The notes under the pieces were generated by a model. It saw only the letters and a program-made list of their open reading frames with translations. It was not told the origin of the DNA and searched no databases. DNA of 63,969 nt, filler included, from Asterionella formosa (taxonomy: Eukaryota), in assembly GCA_002256025.1 (NCBI GenBank). It is 9 parts of 9 records of this genome, joined end to end, with 100 filler letters (N's around TTAATTAATTAA, not from the genome) between each part and the next. Parts side by side here need not be neighbours in the genome. Positions count along the whole stretch, not along the records: positions 21,583 to 28,662 come from NKIB01012531.1; positions 28,763 to 35,840 come from NKIB01012532.1; positions 35,941 to 43,013 come from NKIB01012533.1; 6 more parts are not named here. The stretch is one strand, 5' to 3'. Positions 24,929 to 36,650 of the stretch are shown in pieces. The translations under genes were made by a program, and so were the position numbers. Each line of letters opens with the position of its first letter. Within the stretch, counting starts at the first letter, position 1.

Positions 24929-26519
24929 GATATAGACAAATAGTTGGGATACTCAGCCAAGAGTTCATCATATCTATCGAGCAGATATCTGCCTACACAA
25001 CAGTTAAATACGAGGAAATGTTGGTAGCCTCTAATCACAGTGACAACCATTACAAAATCTATTTCGTGCAGCTTTTTATCGCCCTTAAACCAACTGGTGA
25101 CGGCGGTGAATTCGCTTTTGTTGAAAATTCTGATCCCGTTTTTTGATTTGCATCCTGGTACATCTTCCTTCAGCGTTTCAAATCAGTTATCTCACAATCA
25201 TTCATTTCAAAAATAATTAGGTAAACGAGATAGACAACCACCTCTCCCCAAGAGATCATGACATTTTTAAGATGAACAGCACGCCTTCCTTACCACGAGA
25301 CTTGGCAAGCACTAGTCTTTTGAAGGCTACCTATTGCTGCTTCCAAGCTAGTATTATGGCTACGTTCTACCTATAGGTCGAAGTGGGAGGGGTTACGGTC
25401 CTCATTCTAGATTAGCTAACTTGTTTGAACAACCTTATAAATGAATGACACCAGCGGCTTCACCCTTTGTCGATTTATTGTGCATCATTGCGAAAGGGCG
25501 GTGTACAGGACAACTAGGTCTACCTAAATATCCCAAAATGACATTATTTCCATTTCCCAGTAGCGACTTTCCGAACTGTACCCTGATGACGCCAAGGAAC
25601 AAAATAGTAAAACATCCACTTCAACTACTGGTACATAGGTCAACAGAATACCATGATGATGGGACCTGTAACTAATGGTCGGCACCTGATGCTAGGTACC
25701 AGTGTATTCCTATGTATGTATTATCTAGCAACAGGGCAGGTGATCTGCTCCCACACCAGGTACCTGGTAACCAACTATGATTTGCACTGCCAAAGAATGA
25801 AAATGTTCCGTGCTGCGATTTTTTCTATAAATTGCTACATAATTACATAAATCACACAATCATACCTGGTATGCACCGTGCCAGGGACCAGGGGCGTGGT
25901 ACAAGGTACTGGTACCAGGTACCATACCGTTATTACAACTGATGACAGGCGATGTGCTGGTATATGCCGTAAAGGATTTGAAAGATCCAACCTCAAACGG
26001 AAACCACCAGCTAGGACTACCGGTAGTACATATTAAGTAGCCACCATTCATGTTGATGAAGATTCGCTCGCTGATTCTGACGCACCCACTTGCCTTTGCA
26101 GCTGCTGTCTACAGCATTATTGAAACATTCACTCCTAGGTATCACTATCGGGCCTTTATATTTCAGTTTATCTTAGTTTGGAGACCTGATTATATGTATA
26201 CGGGCAGACGGCGCAGGTGACTGAGAGTGCCAGGGAGCGTTCCTGAAGCGAACCCCAAATGAATAAAGAACAAGCAGAGGGCGAAAAACTTGAAATAAAA
26301 TCTTTCCTTAAAGGTCTTGAGCCCATGACGCCAAAGCGGGTGACTTGATGTTAAGACGAGCTTTGTTGCGTAGAATTCTACAGAAAATGTACCGGAAGCG
26401 GCATTCACAACGTCAGTAAGCACCTGGGAAAGAAAGTGGTCCACAGAAATCACAGGTACATACACGACCTCACAATCCATCAGCCCGATTGCTTCATGTT
26501 TTCTGATCTTCGTTGAACC

Positions 26520-27771
26520 ATGACCGCCGCCGTTGCTCCCCCCTCTCCGCTCCTTAACGAGACCCAAGGTGCTTCTGCGCTGGCACGTAAGCGTCGGCGT
26601 GAGATCCTCCAGACACTTCGGGCCACTTCCACCATTCCAGATGCCGCTGCTTCATCGGCTGCTGTCGTGCCTCCTCCTGCGCTTGTGTCTGCTACTGTTA
26701 TCGAAGTTCCTGCGGCCAAGAAGCCCAAGCTTTGTATCAGCGCAGATTCGTTTGACTCGCAGTCGAAGAAGCCACAGATGAAGTATGATCCGGAAGTGCC
26801 CATGACGAAGGATGAGGCTGCTGTTTGGAGAAGGGAGCAACGACGCAAACGCAATCGGGAGTCTGCCGCTGCATCTCGCCAGCGTCAACGTGACCGGATT
26901 GCTGAACTCGAAGATGAAATGGACGGATGGAAGGCCAAGTACGCTGATGTCTTGGCCAAAATTGCATCCCTCGAGCAACTCAAGGATACTGACGACCTCA
27001 TCGATTCTCTACCCCATATTACGGGTTCGCCAACCAGTGCGACCAGCTATATGAACACCAAGGCCCAACTGCATGAGCCGTGCTCTTGCTCAGACAAGCA
27101 CAACCCCGTCTCGGAAGACGAAGAAGAACAACAAGAATCTCCCCTAATAAAGATCTCTCGACCAGCATAGTCAAGATTTTTTCTACCTCTATTTCGATTG
27201 AGACGACCAAGTGGAAACATTAAAAATTGCATAGCGCAACAAACAAAGACTTTGTCCGCCGCGACACATGACCGGGTTTTACACAGCACTTGATTTTTCG
27301 AGTCTGTTCTAATGACAATATCACCTCCCGGGTGACATTGCAACCCCTCCTCCGACCCTGTCATGTTCACGTGCACTTTTTGTTGGTTGGAATGCTATGC
27401 AACTGATTTCCTCCAAGTCTACCAATCGTTGGGTTACTGTCGTTTCGACAGAGAGTAACCTTGACGCACACGTTGTGCGTTCTACTCTCTTTCGGCACAT
27501 GATATCGCCCTCTAAGATCACCATTCCAGCAGTGAAGATCACTGGTGAGATTATTGTTACTTCTACGTCTTCCGACAATTTGTTGCTTCCTATCGCCCTT
27601 TGCCCCGATCCTTGTGTCAGCCATGTTGCCGACGATGATGACGACGAGCACGTTCAGGAGCTCCGCCGCAAGAACACCTTTAAGAAGGCGACCTTACCCC
27701 TGCTTCTGTCCGACGAAGACGCGGAAGCTGAGTTTGACTCGTTCCTCCTTGACGCTGCTCAGTGGCTCTAA
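26520..27771 (+). CDS. bZIP transcription factor; unspliced ORF 26520-27170 (216 aa), predicted spliced form (exons 26520-27165 and 27530-27771) of 295 aa; candidate HAC1/XBP1-like
   Basis: Basic region RRKRNRESAAASRQRQR followed by the zipper IAELEDEMDGWKAKYADVLAKIASL. A downstream frame encodes an acidic/hydrophobic tail (..DEDAEAEFDSFLLDAAQWL*). The bZIP call is firm; the splice model is inferred. Confidence 0.85.
27149..27548 (+). promoter_or_regulatory. Putative IRE1-cleaved unconventional intron (27166-27529) with flanking stem-loops
   Basis: 5' hairpin AAAGAUCU-CUC-GAC[CAG^CAUA]GUC-A-AGAUUUU and 3' hairpin UCACCA-UUC[CAG^CAGU]GAA...UGGUGA. Joining after each CAG gives in-frame R-P-A-V-K. 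Confidence 0.65.
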
Positions 27772-29693
27772 TTTAAATGCAGAACCTATCTGTTCATTCC
27801 TTCACACTTTACCATTACTCCATATTCACTCTCACACGCAAAGCGCAACTGAATTCACTGCTACATTAGTTATAATTATGTTGTCTAGAACATTTTAAGT
27901 TATGGCACTTCCTTTTTATCTTGATTTAGGAAACTAGTGACATTCAATCAAGAGCTGCGTCTTTGGATTCACCCAGCGATTCATTGGTGCGGGTGGACTT
28001 GCATGTGATTTACTCTCAATGTTGTGAATCCCAACAGTACGGTGCATTCAAAGCATGATGTAGATAGTATTACAGTTCATCTAAAATCTTCGCCCGTCTC
28101 CTGTCGGTGCAAGTACCTTGGTACTCCCAGACACTAGACAATGGTAGATGATAGTACCTGGTACCGTAGGAAAGAGAAATCAGAATTGACCATTCAAAAA
28201 AATCATTGAGAGCAAAGCAAAGGCAGATAAAGATCGTGACGTTGCATCCCGAAGGTAACTGGACTGTCTCGTAAGTACTTAGTAACGACGTTTATGGATC
28301 ACGATAGTAAGAAAAGTAGGCAAAAAAAGAGTCTCAGTCGACGAGGGATTGAGAAAAAGTTGGTAGAGATGGAGAAACTACGGCATCATAGTGATGCAAA
28401 GACGGTTGGTCCATGACGTAATAATAGTCAACGCAATGCGAAGTGGTAGTCGACAGTGGACGTGGCAAGAAATGTTAATCGACAAGTAGCAAATATGCTG
28501 GTACCGTAGTCTAATCGGGCAACGATGGCATCATGGTGATGCCAGGAAAGCTACTTATGACGTATCTACGATGTTTACAAAAATCAAGTTTCCGAAAGTG
28601 ACGAAAAAAGTGAGAAAGTAATGCATCAATGCTTACCGAGGTATTCTCCAGAGGCAGACTTCNNNNNNNNNNNNNNNNNNNNNNNNNNNNNNNNNNNNNN
28701 NNNNNNTTAATTAATTAANNNNNNNNNNNNNNNNNNNNNNNNNNNNNNNNNNNNNNNNNNNNAGCAGTATGGATAAATCTACTACTAAAGAATACAATGT
28801 TAACATCGAAACTCTGATTTTGAAACTTTGATGCTAATGAATTGCTACTAGTAGTTATTGAAATGAACAAAGGAATTAATTTGGTTCAAGCAGTCAACCG
28901 AAGAATCAGGCCACGATTGTTGAATGTTGTCAACAATTTTCAACAGAACAAGTAGTACTGACACTACTAATAGCTAGATATTCATTTCATCTACATTCTA
29001 TCATTTGGTTGAGGTTGAAATGAAGTGATAGTGAGTCGTAATTTACATATTGTGTGTTTGCTATAGTTACAATATTTTTTGTCATCTGCTCCACCCTGCA
29101 ACGTATTATCAGTACTTTCTGTATTAGGTATGGATGGGTGTAGTCCGCCCGAGGTAGAAGTCGTTCTCGTGTGTACATTTTGTACCGACCATTTTTTAGG
29201 TGTCGGTTTGACCTAAAATTCAGGGTGTGAATAAGAAGTTTTGATTGATCATGGTTTTGCCTGTGGATTCCATCATAGCTTTCGGGCTGCAAACTGCTCG
29301 GGAGCAAAGAGGACGATTCATGCACTGTTGCTCCTTGTATTTCTTGCACTCCTGTGAATGTATTGGCTGCGCACTATTGCCTTTCCGGTCAGGGTATACC
29401 GGTACCAGGGTACCGTAGCTTATTACTCGTAGCTGCCGAAGTAGAAAATAATAACAGAATTTTAACTCATCATCATGGTGGTGTCAATCATTGGTGGATT
29501 ACATTTCTATTGCACGCTGCCGAGGAGCTTTCCCATATATATATTTATTCTTTTGCCACGACCCTAGACCTAAGATACATTATCTACTTTCAGTTAGTAG
29601 TACCCCTGGTACCAGGTACCTGGTACAGGTAACCAGGTAACCAGGTAACCAGGTAACCAATAGATAATGAGCAAGAGTTTTAGCTACCGGCAA

Positions 29694-29916
29694 GGCTGCG
29701 GCCCCACAGCTACACATTGCGAGGTCTGTTTTCCTCCGAAATATATCAATTTTTTTAAATGGAACTCTATCAATCTGGCACCGATTCCTATTTAATTCAA
29801 ATATTCTAATCGACACTCAAATCATGGGAATTCATAGAAGCAAACTCCATGTTCCCTCCTATTTTTACAACACTAGCAGTGTTTTCTACAAGCTGGGTTT
29901 AAGCTGGGCCACAACC
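29694..29916 (+). mobile_element. Short non-autonomous TIR element (GGYTGCGGCCC...GGGCCRCAACC), TTAA-flanked family A
   Basis: Ends and interior match the longer copy at 37841-39021. The right flank is TTAA, immediately followed by TTAA|GGTTCCTGGCATTT of family B (29925-~30163, homologous to ~44740-44985). Confidence 0.7.
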
Positions 29917-30164
29917 TTAATTAAGGTTCCTGGCATTTCAACTCTAGATTAGAGGTAGGGTTCTTAAAAAAATATTGAGTCAGAGTACTCAAACAAACAC
30001 TTCATATAAGTAACACATAAATGTACATCGCTAAACGGAGCTTTCACCAATATACACCCTTTCCATATACTTAGATACAGTCTTCTGACAAAGCCGGGGT
30101 ATATGTCAACGCTATATATCATCAGGATATAGGATCTGTCGAGAAAGTGCAGAAATGAACATCG

Positions 30165-30690
30165 GTATTGTGTGATAATTCCCGAGCGAGCTTTGGGGGA
30201 AAGTTCAGCACCATCAGGCACAATGCGGTCATAGACCAGGCCAGAGCGATAAGGGTTAAGGGCATGGCGACAATCCACCATATCAAACCGGTCAAGGATA
30301 TAGCGAAGGTAAGCCTCCTGGGATAAATGAACACTGAGGTGACCAGTGGAGGCATTGGGGTGCCAGGCAAAGTAGATATCAAGGAACCATGAGATGGGTC
30401 CCATCAAGTCAATGCGGAGACAAGCCGCCACAGCGGCCTCAAACCACCACTGCTCAACCTCATCACTAACAGAGAAGTAGGCAAAGTCGTCCACATATAT
30501 GCCCACATAAAGGGGAGGGGAACTGGGCATAGGATAACCAAAGAAAATGCAGGGTTCATAAGGGCACTGGGATAATCCCAGGGACAGGAGAATGTCCCGA
30601 AAACAGGTAAACCAATGGTGAGGTATCCGACGAAGATCATAGAGAATTTTATGGAGGGCGGCGCCAGTAGGTACCAGGCTTGGAAATGGG
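30165..30690 (-). pseudogene. Ty1/Copia reverse transcriptase fragment
   Basis: LHKILYDLRRIPHHW, PYEPCIF, YVGIYVDDFAYF and LSQEAY. The ORF runs on into unrelated repeat DNA. Confidence 0.85.
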
Positions 30691-31029
30691 GCAACCATGA
30701 GGGGGTTTAATGACAACCAGTTATGTGTCGGAAAATGCATAAACCGTCAGTCAGTAGTACCTTCAACCCTCCCTTGAATTCCTCATTGTGGTTTATTAAC
30801 GAACACGTCATCATCAACATTATGTTCTATATTGTTTTGATCTAAATGAAAGCATAGTTGAAGTACTTGATCCTGCACATGGAATGTGTTTGGAAGGTCA
30901 TTGGAAATGCATTCACGAGATTGCACGTGAATACCGAATTTGAACAGGGTCAAAAAATGTAGTCAAGTTGAAAATAGAGTTTGAAAAATGGAAATCAGGC
31001 AGCAGGAAGAAGGCTAAATCACTAAGGAT

Positions 31030-31470
31030 TTTTGAAAACATTGGGTGAGAAACCAAGAATCAGAGGTTATACTGACGGCGAACCTCAGTTTAAGATTGCC
31101 GGTGGATCCCCGGAGAGTGAGCTTGGCGCCCAGTTCCAGTTGGTGTTCCACCGCCTCATGAAATATGTTTTTGTTAAGTCTGGCGTGTTTGGAGGGAATT
31201 TTGGTATGTTCTGTCCCTGCTTTGCCTGCATGATGTGCTTCAGCAATACTTGTCCTTGCTCTGCTACCGCTTTTTTGTTGGTGCGTAATCTCGCAAACTT
31301 TTTTCCCAAGCATATGCAACAATTCCGATTATATCTGACTTCTCAATTGCAAATGGAAGATGGTACAATGCCCTCTTGGTGAGTAAGTCTCTCATGAGAC
31401 ATCCATTCTGTTCTGTCGAATCCCCAACTTGCCAGTATGATGTTCCAGAGGTGACCCCAATACACACATG
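31030..31470 (-). pseudogene. pogo-like transposase fragment
   Basis: CIGVTSGTSYWQVGDSTEQNG, IIGIVAYAWEKS and TNKKAVAE, homologous to 39900-40200 and 13640-13690. Confidence 0.75.
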
Positions 31471-31473
31471 CCA

Positions 31474-32610
31474 TCATGCATGCAAGTAAAACTGAACAGG
31501 GTTAGCTGTGTTAATATGATGAGGAACGTCTATGAATGAAAAATGCGTTAGGCAGAACACTTTTGCTTCATTAACGACTGCCCGAAAATTATCGCAGTAT
31601 AACGTATTATTTTTGGATTGATCATACAGAAAAACGCATTGATCAATCACTTTTTTGCGACTGATCAAAAACATGTATATGATAGATCACACAGATATCA
31701 TAAAATATCATACATATTGTCATCCTATCAAACAGATTTTTTTATTTTGCGTCAATAAGTGATTCGTCTCTATTATACATTGATTATATGGTTAAAGCAA
31801 TTTCTTTTATAAGGTGATTGGAATGATGGTTCTTTTATGTTATTTTCGATTCAAGTAGCAATCTGTATTTTATGATTGATACATTTACGTTCTTTGTTCC
31901 TATCCTTCAATCCAATAATATATATTTATATACAGATTAATATATATATATATATATATATAAAATTGCATTGCTTGTTTCGCATTTATGCGATCTGTTT
32001 ATCATATTGCTGGTTTTTTACATACATCGTTCACCAGCTGACAAATAGGAGGGTTCGTGATCACTAAAAGTCGCTAGGTAGGTTCATAAAGTCGGCAGTT
32101 ATGGCTGGCCCTTGGCACAATAACTTAACTAGACATCATCGTATGGTCAACCCATGGATTTGAACAAAACATGCATGCAAGAAAAACTGAACAGGGTTAG
32201 CTGTGTTAATATGATGAGGAACATCTATGAATGAAAAATGCGTTAGGCAGATCACTTTTGCTTCATTAACGACTGCCCGAAAATTATCGCAGTATAACGT
32301 ATTATTTTTGGATTGATCATACAGAAAAACGCATTGATCAATCACTTTTTTGCGACTGATCAAAAACATGTATATGATAGATCACACAGATATCATAAAA
32401 TATCATACATATTGTCATCCTATCAAACAGATTTTTTTATTTTGCGTCAATAAGTGATTCGTCTCTATTATACATTGATTATATGGTTAAAGCAATTTCT
32501 TTTATAAGGTGATTGGAATGATGGTTCTATTATGTTGTTTACGCTTCAAGTAGCAATCTGTATTTTATGATTGATACATTTGCCTTCTTTTTTCCTACCG
32601 TTCAATCCAA
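31474..32610. repeat. Local direct duplication (~440 bp, two copies)
   Basis: ~31474-31910 is near-identical to ~32171-32610. The two duplicated ORF-track peptides MFLISRKKVIDQ... reflect this. Confidence 0.9.
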
Positions 32611-34399
32611 TGCCTTGTTTGTATTTCATTGAACGCCTTTGATTCTAAGCTTTGCAACCGAAATAACGAAAAAAGATCAAGTATTGATTTATGATGCTGT
32701 AGTATACACAACACTCTATTTCTATGATTCTGGCTGTAGAACAGGGAAAGATAGAATGTGTGAACGAAATCTTTGGATTATACATTCAGTATCCTCCCTT
32801 AATGGTGCATAGCTTCTTACTTTCTCGAAAATACATGTGACATATTTTCTGAAAGCGATATGATGGGCAAGTAAGTAAGTTTCAATGATTCGAACATGAA
32901 CGACTGCATATCAATATGATAAACATTTCTATTTTGGCATACGTCGTCACTAGGTTGATAGTTCCTATTCTCTTAGTTGTCTGTAGTAAACAATAGAAGC
33001 CAGAAGTCAGAGCTTATATCATTGAACTATTCATTTATACACACACATGTTCAACGACGATTTGTTTATCACATATGTTTGTGAAACAAATTCCTGATTA
33101 AAAATTCAGAATCACTCTTTATGCATGGTAGCATGAACTTTCAACTCGAAAAGCCAAGTATCATTGATCCTGAAAGGGACAAGAATTGATGAGCAAGTCA
33201 AGTAAGTTTGAATGATTCGACCTTATATAGCTAACTGCACATCGATAGCAACATTTCAATTTTGACTTCTTACCTTGTCCTCAGATTGATTGTTCTTGTT
33301 GTTTTATTTATCTCTAGCAGACACTGATTGTGGTGACAAGTCAACTTGATAATAGGCATAACATCAAGCAGTCAAACAAATATATTATTATTCACATTTG
33401 TTTGTTGCAGCAACAACAGATGGATTCAATTTCGCAATCATTTCTATAACACGCACATTATCGTCAATATTCACGTTCTTCGTTTAACAAACGCAAATAA
33501 GAATTCAAGTTTTATCACTCTGCGGCCCACAAGTAGGCTACTTTGCATCACATGATGATCAATGGAGAACAACGCACAACGTTAGAATACATGAGCGAGT
33601 AGTATTGCTTCTGGAGCGACGAGTGCCTCAAACAACAAGCAACAAGAACCACATCTGTTGCAATTTTCAGCACTTGGTGTTGCATCATTTGCAGCAGCAA
33701 TCCCGCCTCATTCTCGCTCTTCACGACCAGCCATTCCACCAGTGCGTATCAAAATTTGAATTAACCGCTTCTAAGGACTTACAAATTATTATTATATATG
33801 TCTTGATTGAGTATCTATTTAATATTATCATTCATGTATGTATATATGTATGTAGCTACTAACTTGCTTGTTCAAAATTTTGACACCAATACTGTGCGTC
33901 AGAGTAAATATCATGAACAATCACATCATGTTGACATCAAAATGAGGTGATGATATATTAAGTGTTTTTAAGTTATTGATCAAACACTTTTAAAAGTGTG
34001 CGATCTAAGGTTTAAAAATTTGTCAGATCAAAAAAAATATTTTGTGTGATTATAACTTAGAAAGTGATTGATCATACAGAAAAAATGATTGATCAAACAC
34101 TTTAAAAAAGTGTCCGAAACAATTTTTCCTATCAAAAAAATATTCCTATGTGTTACGCTCAACATTTAGCTCGAACCAATATTTTTTACCTTAAATCAAC
34201 AGAAAAATGAGCTCCGTCTGAGCTTAAACAATAGCTCCGATAAAGTAGAAGAATTTATCCAGTGGTGACCCAGCCTATAACTAATTATCGTATACATGCA
34301 TAGAATACTCATAGTACACCATAAGGTAATAATGATCTGTATTGTGATGAGTGATAGGTGATTGTTGTGTCGGCATTTATATTTTGTACTAATAATTTG

Positions 34400-34828
34400 G
34401 GTGCACCATGATTTCCATCAGTGAATTTATCTCTTTATTTTGGCGCATGAGCAAAAGCAAAATGACATCTTAGCCATATTTAAATTTTTTTAGAGGATAC
34501 TAAACTAGTTTTCTAGCAAAAGAATATTCTCATACCAATATACATAGGACATAAAAGGTTATGCTTGCTCAATAGAGTGAAAGTGCAAATATCCAATTTT
34601 CACAATTTTGCATCAACAGCAACTTTGGGCAATAATACCTAATTACAAAGGTACACAATGCAACAATATAACCATGTAAGTATTTACTTGCTATATAAAT
34701 CTGACCAACTTGTTTGTGACAATAAATAGCATGTCTTGCAAACTTAAGTTTAAACCATGCATTTACTCCATTTAGTGGTGGCTTACAGCTCAAAAGTCGC
34801 TGTAGCAGTGGCTTACAATTTTAAGTGG
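34400..34828 (-). mobile_element. Left end of a pogo-like element (reverse orientation)
   Basis: Reverse complement of 45452-~45860, ending ...GTGGCTTACAATTTTAAGTGG|TA. Confidence 0.75.
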
Positions 34829-34846
34829 TACCTGGTACTGGTAACA

Positions 34847-35782
34847 TCATTTATTGACACTTGATGTGGGACAATTATGCCTCTCCATCAAGGTCAAAAC
34901 ACGCAAGAGTGATTCAATCGAGCTCTTTCGATGACTTGGACTCAAATGGAGGGGCTCATTAGCTTGAAGCCCCTTGATCAGGTTCCGTAAATCACTAGTT
35001 ATTTCGATCAGAGAAGATTTCTCTACTTGATCCTCAGAGTGCAAATTCAGATTTGACATGGAAGGCTGCTTCACAGTCAACCCCGCAAAGACACGCTTAA
35101 TTGTCTCACTTCCAATTTGATCAGAAGCCTTTCTCTTGACTGTGGTAGTTGGAACTTTGGAGACTGTATCAATGTCCTTGAATTCCCTAAAATTGACATT
35201 GTTGTCAGGTTGTAAGATCAATGGAGGAAACGTCAGATCTTGCTCTACCACGAAACTTTGAGATTCACTGGACCATTGTCGCAATCTAGCAGATTTCGGA
35301 TCGGAATTTGGTGGAAGTGACAACTCGCTAGTGGATGAAAAAGCAGTGCCTTGACCATGACCACGAAGCAAAATTGGAGTAGCCAACTCGATTGGTTCAA
35401 GCTCCTGAACAGCGTTGTCAACGTTTGGTGTACACTCATGTACTTTACTTAAATGCGACATTTTATCGGGAGCATTCATTCTTGGGTTGTCTTTCAGCAT
35501 GGGAACAAGTCGACAATTACTGTTCGCTTTGTGGTGATCAAACTCAACAGGCAGGTATTCCCCTTGGCATAGACTCCGGTGAAAGCCATTTGAGGCAACA
35601 CTCTCGTCAAGTTGCGTCACATGGAGAAATCCAATTTCACCCACCGAAGCATCCATGCCCGTTGTCATATCCTCGTGTGATGAACTGGAAAACCTTCCAG
35701 GCCTACAACCATGACCCACACATTCATTGCATATTAGAGGGGTTGATGACATTGGTCCCACAACCTTTGAGCGAGGATGCAT
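34847..35782 (-). CDS. Hypothetical protein (311 aa; possibly the last exon of a gene truncated at the contig edge)
   Basis: Long open frame with coding-like composition. No domain recognised. Confidence 0.55.
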   Translation of the reverse strand: MHPRSKVVGPMSSTPLICNECVGHGCRPGRFSSSSHEDMTTGMDASVGEIGFLHVTQLDESVASNGFHRSLCQGEYLPVEFDHHKANSNCRLVPMLKDNPRMNAPDKMSHLSKVHECTPNVDNAVQELEPIELATPILLRGHGQGTAFSSTSELSLPPNSDPKSARLRQWSSESQSFVVEQDLTFPPLILQPDNNVNFREFKDIDTVSKVPTTTVKRKASDQIGSETIKRVFAGLTVKQPSMSNLNLHSEDQVEKSSLIEITSDLRNLIKGLQANEPLHLSPSHRKSSIESLLRVLTLMERHNCPTSSVNK

Positions 35783-35940
35783 GCAGATTCCTCCTGGATA
35801 ATTTCCAATGACGCTTCTCGGTGAGTCGCTATGATCTCCANNNNNNNNNNNNNNNNNNNNNNNNNNNNNNNNNNNNNNNNNNNNTTAATTAATTAANNNN
35901 NNNNNNNNNNNNNNNNNNNNNNNNNNNNNNNNNNNNNNNN

Positions 35941-36650
35941 TCCATTTGTGTGCCCGTTTGTTGAGTGCTCTGATCGCTTGCACCTCGTTCAATGTTGCTT
36001 TATAATCCATAACTTTCTTATTCGCTTTCTCACTCTCCTTCTACTCTGCTCTTCTTTTCTCCTAGTCATATCGTCCAGTGCTTCCGTTCCCAGTTTAAAG
36101 CGTCCAGCCACCACATGAACCACTTATTTTGCGCGATCGCCAATAGCGCCAACTGGCAAGCCATCTGATCAAGATTGATGCCCACCACATGCTTATGGTG
36201 CTGGAGCAAGTTTCATGGTCTCAATTGAACATTTTTTTCGTTTGTATTTGTTTCCCCCCTTCTCACCGGAAAGTTGTGTTTGTTGAGTCTCATGCTGTTC
36301 CGGTCTATCGGCTAGATTATTGTTTCTGTCACTGCTGTGTTTATCTGCATTACATGTATCTGGTGTCAAAGTGGACGATGCAGTAGTGGTGGCTCTGGTT
36401 CCAAAGGTAAGTGTACTGCTAGTTTCGATTCGTTCTGCTGGGGAACAATCCAATAGCACTATAGAATTCAAACCCCCTACTACTAGATCTTTGCTGTCAT
36501 TATTCAATTTCTTCAAAGGGTACTTCACCATGTCTTTTGTTAGCCACGTTACTGTGTCAACTTTGTCTGCTACTAATAATCTAGATAGCAATAGCGCCAC
36601 TTGGTAAAACAACTCCTCTACCGCTAGCCTTTCTAGCATCTACTTCTCTG
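35941..36650 (-). pseudogene. Internally deleted pogo-like transposase remnant
   Basis: The N-terminal TWLTKDMVKYPLKKL matches PWVTTQKVKYFLRKM (12744 ORF). The C-terminal VVAGRFKLG...LNEVQAIRALNK matches FAAGNTCLG...SQKVQAIRETGK. Confidence 0.55.

Noticed and set aside
27166..27175. Canonical donor TA|GTCAAG removing the bZIP stop codon
   Set aside because: Joining it to the AG at 27529 or 27532 gives the wrong frame and an immediate TGA.
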